Source: Piromyces finnis finn (lineage: Eukaryota > Fungi > Neocallimastigomycota). Taken from it: a DNA stretch of 64,000 nt. The stretch lies in the NCBI GenBank assembly GCA_002104945.1, contig MCFH01000054.1, positions 321,863 to 385,862 on the forward strand, given 5' to 3'. Below are positions 58,901 to 64,000 of the stretch, one piece after another. Every line of letters starts with the position of its first letter. Positions within the stretch are counted from its first letter, which is position 1. The notes under the pieces are model-generated. The model worked only from the letters and a program-made list of their open reading frames with translations. It had not been told where the DNA came from and did no database searches. A program made the translations under genes and the position numbers.

Positions 58901-59402
58901 TAGTATTTGCATTATTTTCAATGATTGAAGTATTAGGAGATGTATAGAAAAGTATTGTATTATTTGTAGTAGCCTGATTACAAAGTGTTGCATTAATTGC
59001 GCATGATGATTCATTATGAGAAGTAGTATTATTAATATTTATTGTATTATCAATTATGGTATTATTTGTTATCGGATTATTTAATATTTGATTTGTTATA
59101 TTATTACTATTAAACAAAGTATTATCCAATGTAACATTATTATGTATATTTTTTTGAGTGATGGTATCTAATGAATTTATTTCTGTATTATTAAGTATTA
59201 CTGAATCATGTTTAGCTATCGATGAATTATTTATAATGCATGAGTCTAATGGGGTTGAAGTATTTTGTTGTAGTATACTTGTACTATTTAATATATTTGA
59301 ATTTATTATTGGTACAGGAGATGTCAATAATTCTGATTGCACTGTTGTTGATATTATTGTATTATTAGTATTTAAAGCATTAAACGATGAAGACGTACAC
59401 AT
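49935..59402 (-). CDS. Giant intronless Ser/Asn/Lys-rich protein of unknown function (3155 aa)
   Basis: An uninterrupted 9468-nt ORF cannot arise by chance in DNA this AT-rich. Low-complexity composition; no domain, signal peptide or TM helix recognised by eye. Confidence 0.85.
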   Translation of the reverse strand: MCTSSSFNALNTNNTIISTTVQSELLTSPVPIINSNILNSTSILQQNTSTPLDSCIINNSSIAKHDSVILNNTEINSLDTITQKNIHNNVTLDNTLFNSNNITNQILNNPITNNTIIDNTININNTTSHNESSCAINATLCNQATTNNTILFYTSPNTSIIENNANTIDVNTATPQTNEQTQIPAVNNSCIISNNLYSNNLTIPILSKDHSLSLPSISQTTPKPININNSKHYYSLINLNETDIPPSLDSNDANRSSIVHFSSSFSQTNQIHSSKASLKKKHKSFSIISDLFNAKLISRTTPITAATNNESNCMNLFKTIVKKDKKKMDTVSFSSFFSEFKNSLKKNDNYSEKSDSSYKKKKKRKSYVKILLRNKNNDKNDINDVNHEIKNDDELEANTDSIITKSSDIKCKTNCQKEKSKKNKIKIKMGFNRTKISKNNKLKKLNNSIHHNSIHCSKPKFVNTSLSSSNSSNLPHLNLNNINSSFDYKENRNQEHVRHSIIKPDITQDDPYYSFSEDVLNSLSNIENYTTNNCSCNNSVSMILQQNSQVIPSRTSSNSIPFNTSSFLLSSFTSPNPDSQAIPQNKIQSNSYKSLKNPILNESSSENKNYIPTKDDKQYVDKDIQQFTKENSDLDERINNISIKPLESINNIEENKLNEYEFLMNTTTDPIIEQGTSEEFPFIENHNKGFSNTYQNNSNFLYETHLSDQLIQRQNSYEIRNQRLQELRRQRRHPLLTPLEKRENRSAISTDFIQISNKKEIGLINELLSKNISKEENIREQALTECPTMESSNNEHINTNNFSSLIFDDLDKRILYGREGHQDNSLHYHNSVDSHCQSIYEKYRKLSHYHFSSRLGSIEPSISRHSSMKFSPHHSNSRNQLVSLPSEKDVSISISTTSSSSLDSVYLINSNEHYLNHSSSLKTNSRNDYGLNRSASYRRVYPRSNYTSYENINYTLPIKQNKFKSYSQEVSPENNPDSILSNSTICSNTNSSSFERLACHDESYLFSSSSPQPPLLAHHASINYRNNKSLRYNPPVFRNQSVKEDNNPYRFTNVDYGCYYCQPPEEYDDDINVEEEIISESNLNPVLSFASENPSSYISIASSISHHKTNSQYDYEHSSMIIPEAKLTTSLIPPSPTSEKDNHKLSLNDQNIITTNSSIKEKLQKSIPNLNAATSISTVNHIGSPGIIENIPSCTTNVSIQNYQSNSESNSLENRVEKLKDLEKSENDFQKNNEEKIDSGNNDNVKEYDDKEHKNKKDDKEDIISAKRNNNKHDSINGNDNKEDTISAKGNSKKESKNKEISVNNEDNKDIESKNSKGNVREYNIQEDNNQENKLIILSENEQSSNKEVNNVLESKYDDKDSNLNNIIAITGLQSISKSNTILRSKSISNLYSNSSLKVKPESITRSKSISSLNSSSYRSKRYSKTSHSIFSSNYVHSPLIVECIPTTEQKENETKSCLKERNKFVSLDENTLLNRKKIEKRAKHQSDQIYSEVPLLKRLSFISLSKLPLKSTSYMNTEQLECSPLLTYTLFPRNNSQTKFIDPIFGKHQSINATSIFSYQYQCPFIPPAESYRFEDTLKCLLRYNDQSISDPYHHEKIANSLDAQEFSMYNDKMPSSDILRELLKSYCKESHLNNHFSLTNLIQMKEIEMPSKKSLFSDHVSDYYLNDDNVNEESIYPSITYPLTSWEKRKALMILSLYLRDITLQHDDHYIYERKKDRGMVVDASTSNDIHHNCFQFTPTLLSSDEIQKNWGDKKENRTGHSISVKRLSNLSKRSFPSFLKNGECRTILTNPSGRIASVQTLFDENNDSKAQEQLPSVNTTNNNECYNINVTTSNTQPNINTQIHHITSVKTLCNSNQSNHTSPLMMNLKNEFCVMNDDKNSNYVTSNENVSSLSFENISKITTPELESSPDIINGEKIIEIDQCSSRICLNDPSIKPENKIKYNITKNNSVFDDASSELHLFEKLSNPSSHTDSNDKVSLDLLSFQSSSLINKGNMSASDQPSVFSGAIISEQNESESMIPSELSSKSISYQQKSVERSETTTPVHSTITNNDRTMDHFSTLTTTTITKDEIEKGCSSITESIQNSLLEYNEMSSPSLSTINSFNTNDTSFEFSHQTSYLSINVGNKYEICKAPAVRDNDTDLSYILNNDSSSMDTNPKNYAFKKQVKDHIPTHFNNDKLMKFQNETYSIASNDISGDTSRHSNLISESALTTNTLNSKLNKSLNSSISNKSIGKDKASSSFKHKAKNSKCYLKFLKLCSFKRRRDRKKDKKKKTNSLLNQSLTIKSKPLDQKIVTAETPATDSSGLTSSVNPVGSSQTVDIATTVALVNMKKKKAAIMNNHNLSTSAHVKSNRLIKKISLRSLKSMNKDHEDSFYRCHINQNTSTSNLNQYIKSKFKPFDHIILNKRKTFIEKDVNNSSIVIHEKSGTPIYYTENGFLSSIKNGKSLSFKDDEDDDYVEEDEKYKNNYPILKDIDSLISGSEFNSSSKGYSSPFENSLSKSKIVVSSHSQSQLKIVMHMDNKEQNNVPKTIMMDINKSHAIDMKELQERLQVIAQTQKQKEQKEQENISELSDDQIKSNLSVTTDSLIKSSSTLEDTEPTTEKSNIGFYNPDLSVFRYPPISPNINDKSSVVSSISDLDEIIYSIQSSFVKSICESDVVVHNSKEILNIYEQNKAMLKNNSLIDQEVEKLYESDQNDSTDSRINTTLEFKQVTTNSNEYVIESTSEIKSKEEKTIEKIKENRKNDNEAIMENTLAFPMSEINESHLVLKVPFKEPDTDNVEKEEKTKLTDEMNHKTIETNLEKDKSDQSISLISSNNNESTSVKAIASETYLNGSHDEDSKILDKNQLKYIYDITKDTQKYIIPNQNTSHHLHHITDKIIKKFKSELSIKKKSFISLKSKVNLSNSVKSPTLSNTSYSTSPSSIRNSINNLNIDHIKSPSLSSKSYGTFLEYPQNRKSRISLNHGNPIKEQLRLKSSRKSIILPSKKSNSNFNFACSSTTLSHSFCNKNKNNESEEMTIYNNYTLDKMIPYLLTSNSDNMNIIINSINNHSHKLDDHPIHETSNVKSHKKFSDILIQLEHKNCKSSGENCSHFVKESISDFNSKLNDFHWTYKSEKFHNYLLNRIRSKEEEDDDKLNKKDKNDKGKEHELN

Positions 59403-61634
59403 TTTCTATAACCACTGGTATATCTTTTAATTACAAAAAAATATTTTATTCTTTTTGCAAAATTTATCTACTGATTAATTATATTTATCTAATATTTTAA
59501 ATAAGAAGATATTTAATTCAAAATTGTAATTAATTAAAATGTATTATTCTCATTTAATTTTTTTGAAAATTATCAAATAGATAATGTTTTTACTTTTAAT
59601 AAATCTGAATTGTTTTAATTCTCTAAATAAAACACAAGTTATTGTTTATACTAATTTTACTTTTGTTTCTCACTTTTCAAATATTACTCCATATAATTAT
59701 TAATTATTCCTTATTAAAATATTCGGTACTTTTGTAAAATAATTAAATTTTTGTGTTATTATAATAAGCAATATATATTTTAATATATAAGTATATAAAT
59801 AATAGTAATAATAGTATATTTAAATTTAGAAATTTTCTCTGATTAATAATTTTAACTTTTTAAATATTATTTGTAAAATATATTATTTAAAATAAAAAGA
59901 ACAATTCTAAATTTATATTTTTTTTTTTCAATGTTGCATATAATTATGTTTGTTATTACTTTTTCTAGTTTATCTTAAAGGTTTAATAATTATAAATATT
60001 TTATGTCAAGCTTATATTTGATATTTGTGCATATAATATAGTAATATAATTATGAGTTGAATATATTATTTTCGATAGAGATAAAATGAATGAGTTTGTT
60101 TAATTCATACAATTTTTATAGTTCACCTTTTAAAAGATGAAATACATAACAATTACTTTAATAACACTTTAAATTTTGCTCGATCTTTAATTTTTTATAT
60201 ATTTTATAATTTTAAAAAAAAATATTTTTGTCATGCAATAAATTTATATTTTATTATTATTAAACTTATGATAATTATTTTTATTGTAAATTATCATTTT
60301 AATATTTTGCTATATTAGATCTTCTCATCAAAATGAGTTATAAAATGAAAATGAACTTGGACAGACTAATTGAAATTTTACTTATAAAAAAAAACTTATA
60401 AAAAAATTATTAAAATTATTATACAATAATAGGAATAAATTAATTTTAATTATTAATAAAAAAAAATAATAATAAATTACTTTTTTTTTTTTTTTGTTTT
60501 TTTTTTTTTTTGTTTTTTAAAATAAATAATTTTAAATACTAATAAATTTATTAATTATTGTATCATTTATTATAATTTATTCTAATATATAGTTTTATAT
60601 TATTGGTTATATATAATATATATAATACATATCCATGTTTTAAATATTATATAGTTAATATGAATTGTATCGTTACTTTTTATTATTTAAAAAAATTAAA
60701 TTGAATGGCAATTTGAAATATATTTATAGTTTATTATAGTATTATAAACGCAATATATTATTATGTATTACAAAACAATTTTAAAACGTTTATAAAAATT
60801 AAGGCGTAGAAAATTAAATCATATTTTAATATATTATGGAAATAGATAAATTATATTCCAATAAAGGATATTCTATTTCCTATTAAATAAAGTAATTAAT
60901 TAAAGTTTACTATTAATATATATTAATATAGTTTCATTATATATTAAAATCTTTATTTTAATTATGGAAAAATTATTATAAATTTATTACATTATTGTAT
61001 ATGTATACGTTTATTAGATATAAAATATAATTTTAACATTAATTTATTGTAAGATCAAATGTAATTACAATAAAAATAATATAATATATTACAATGTATT
61101 AAAATATATTAAAATATATACCAATTAAAAAAACTTTTAATTATACCATAAATGATAATAAATATTTGAATATAAACTTTAATTTATAATAAAATAGTAA
61201 ATTTTTAATTAATAAATAATTTTTTAATATAAAATTGTAATTTATATTAAAAAAGAAAAAATTAAAAATTGTACTTTTATAAAAGGTTAAAAATGTACTT
61301 ACAAAAATTTGACTCTTGCCTTAACATTTGTGCTAAAGGCATTATTACTATTGCTAGTTAATGTGAAATAATAATTAGAATAGATTTACTAAGGATATTA
61401 TTATTTGTTGGTTGGTTGATGTATATATATTTGCTTTATTAATTTTTTTTATTATTTCTAAAGAATTTGATTGACTAAAATCATTTTAGAAAATGGAATT
61501 TGATATAATTCATGTAACAACTATAATAACGACAAAGAATAAAAGTATAGGTATTGAAGATATGAAAATGAATGTATGTAAAATCAATAGATTATTAATT
61601 TTTTGTTGATGAATTAATAATAATTAACAATTAT

Positions 61635-61792
61635 GATCATATTATTTCTGAAATAAAATATTTCATTATTAAAGGTTAGTATTATATAAAACAAAAAGCT
61701 TTAAAGAATGAGATCATATTATATCTGAAATAAAATATTTCATTATTAAAGGTTAGTATTTCATAAAACATAAAAAGCTTTAAAAGAAATGA
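61635..61792. repeat. Intergenic tandem duplication of a ~77-81-bp unit (2 copies)
   Basis: gatcatatta(t/a)..tctgaaataaaatatttcattattaaaggttagtatt....ataaaaca...aaagcttt occurs at 61635 and 61712, with a few substitutions and indels. Confidence 0.9.
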
Positions 61793-62735
61793 TAGACAAG
61801 AAATATAGAAATATAATTTTTATATTCAAAACTAGAATTTTGTATAAATTAATTAGGTGATCTAACTTGATTAAAACAAAATTATTATTATTATTATTGA
61901 AGTAATTTTGGGAGGGCCAGATCCCTTTCTAATACTTTATTTTCATAAGCACTATAATAACATTTACTGTCTTTATCATTAACAGTAACATTACAGGATT
62001 TTTTTCACAATATTTTTCTTCATAAAATATTGAATAATTATTATTAATTATTTTATTATTATTATTATTATTATTCAATAATGATATTAGTAGTATTATT
62101 CTTTTATTATTATTATTATTTTATATTATTTTATATTAATTAGACTTTTTAATTTTTTTGTATTACATATTCGAATCTTATTATATAAAAACTTATTAAG
62201 CCTTTTTTTATTAATTCAAGGGATAATACTTCTTTTATTAATATTAATAAATATTGAAATAAAGAAATATTAACAATAGTTAAAGAAGAATAAGTATTAT
62301 ATTATAATAAGTTTATTTTATTACTTTTAAATATAATAATAATCAAATAAAAAAAATTAGTTTTCTTAATTGCTCTTTATTTCAAAAAAATTAAAAAGTT
62401 TTTTTTTTCTTTCATCGTAACTAATAAATTAAATTACCATATATAATATATAAATAATTTATTTATAATTATATTATTTATAATAGAAACTATAGAATAA
62501 TATTTATATTTATTATATGGTACTGTATATTATAATATATGATTTTAAATTTATTTCTAATATTTAAATAAATTAATTTTAACTATTGTAATAGAAATTA
62601 AATTTGCTACAAATTCCAATTACATTATATTATGTAATAGTGAATGTATAAGAATGTGGTAAAAAGGAGGTAATAAAAAAAAGTCCAACTCTCTAATAAT
62701 TAAAGCTTTATTAAAATACGTACATATATGATAAT

Positions 62736-64000
62736 CTATTCTTTTTCTTCTTCTAATTCACAATTATTAATTAATTTTTTAAATACTGGTGAAGCATCTA
62801 TTGCAGATTGTGGAATAATAAAAACAATATTAATTAATTCTTTTATGCTAGTAATAATTTCTTTTATGATAGCATATGAGTAATACATCACAAAGAAAAA
62901 TAAAATGATTCCAACAAAAAAGAAAAGAATTATATATTGTATACCACTAGTCGTTTTGTCATATATTAAATTATAAACTATTGATTCATATAATTGGATT
63001 GTTCCTTGTATATAATCAAATGAAGTATACAAGAAACTATAATCTGGATTATCATAAAATTTGTGTCTATATTCACTACAATTTTCTGAAGTAATGGTAG
63101 GTTGATAATAATCTACTTCTGTTTTTTCATATTTTACATTTGATTTATTTAATATAGCTCTTGCTCTATCAAGATATTCAGATATCATTTCATCCAAATT
63201 TAATTTTACAAATTCTTCTGTAAAATCAATATCTTTTTTATATAATAAAAATAATAGATACTTTAGTAAATATAAATATTTACATTAAATTAATTTTATT
63301 TATTAATTCTATTATTTTACCATGATTAACAGCATCACCAATTTCTTCACACCATGACATATCCAAATTAATACATTTATGACTTATAAATATCTCATCT
63401 AATATATCCATTTTAGTTGAAGATTCTAATCCAAGATTTCCTTTATATATATTATTTTGTATTTTCTATTATTGAAATATTTATTTATATATTAATTAGA
63501 ATAATTAGATTTCATATTATTTTTATTAAATTTTATCTAGTGGTATGGGAAAAAAGAATATTATTACTTCAAATTCAGTAATAAGTTGATTTAATCTTCC
63601 TTCACATTCACCAGCATTGTATGTTTGACGATCTTGAACAATGGTTTCCATTGAAAACATAAAAATATCTAAAATGTGATCTTTTCTTTCACCCTATTAT
63701 AATATTATTAGATATTGTAATTATTATATAATACTAATGTCGAATAGTTGAAATAATGTTGATTTACATACAATTTCATAATTATATTCAAGGTGATTCT
63801 TAATGTATGAATCGAAATACTAAATGTATATATATATATTAAATATTCAATTTTCAAGAAATATTTAAAATGTTTTTTTATATTAAATTTTTAATAATTA
63901 TAAAATTAAAAAATACTTACAAGAACTGGAATAATAATTGTTGATACTATAATAATAATCAAAATACCAATGAAAGTCAATCTTCCTTTTTTGATATAAT
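62736..64000 (-). CDS. 3' part of a multi-pass membrane protein, tentatively TmcB/TmcC (tiny macrocysts/PAS-associated)-like; 5' part lies beyond the right edge
   Basis: Spliced exons give TM LTFIGILIIIIVSTIIIPVL, then a lumenal helical region (GERKDHILDIFMFSME..., KCINLDMSWCEE, LDEMISEYLDRARAIL), then TM IQYIILFFFVGIILFFFVMYYSY and a terminal IKELINIVFIIPQSAIDASPVFKKLI helix. This end architecture resembles TmcB/C-type proteins as I recall them; the family call is not verified. Confidence 0.55.

Noticed and set aside
61493-61609. 38-aa ORF MEFDIIHVTT... next to the tandem duplication
   Set aside because: Too short to exceed chance, with no motif or splice context.

Overview
This is extremely AT-rich, intron-dense eukaryotic genomic DNA. 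The composition, short GT-AG introns, fungal-type housekeeping genes and flagellar genes (DRC2, IQCH-like) point to an anaerobic gut fungus (Neocallimastigomycota); that assignment is inference, with no database search. I reconstructed 12 protein-coding genes by hand-splicing: SNX4/Atg24 (3' end off-window); a secreted/membrane LRR receptor-like protein; RNA polymerase I subunit RPA2; an FCHSD/Nwk/Bzz1-type F-BAR protein with four SH3 domains; an orphan; an IQCH-like gene; DRC2/CCDC65; a long coiled-coil protein; the Spg1/Tem1 GTPase; an ASH/MSP-like plus pseudo-RhoGAP protein; DIS3/RRP44; and a 3155-aa intronless orphan. A thirteenth, partial gene (3' end of a multi-pass TmcB/C-like membrane protein) closes the window. 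I found no tRNA, rRNA, CRISPR or recognisable transposon. The most striking feature is the LRR gene at 4440-9880. Nine consecutive exons are symmetric phase 2-2, four of them exactly 72 nt and each encoding one 24-aa LRR, so any of them can be skipped or duplicated in frame. The gene also has a variable-looking coding tandem repeat and a hidden final exon that adds a second transmembrane helix, making it a candidate diversifiable recognition receptor. Also notable are the arginine-finger-less ASH-RhoGAP resembling the OCRL C-terminus, the 4xSH3 F-BAR protein and the 9.5-kb intronless ORF. All gene models are manual predictions without RNA evidence.
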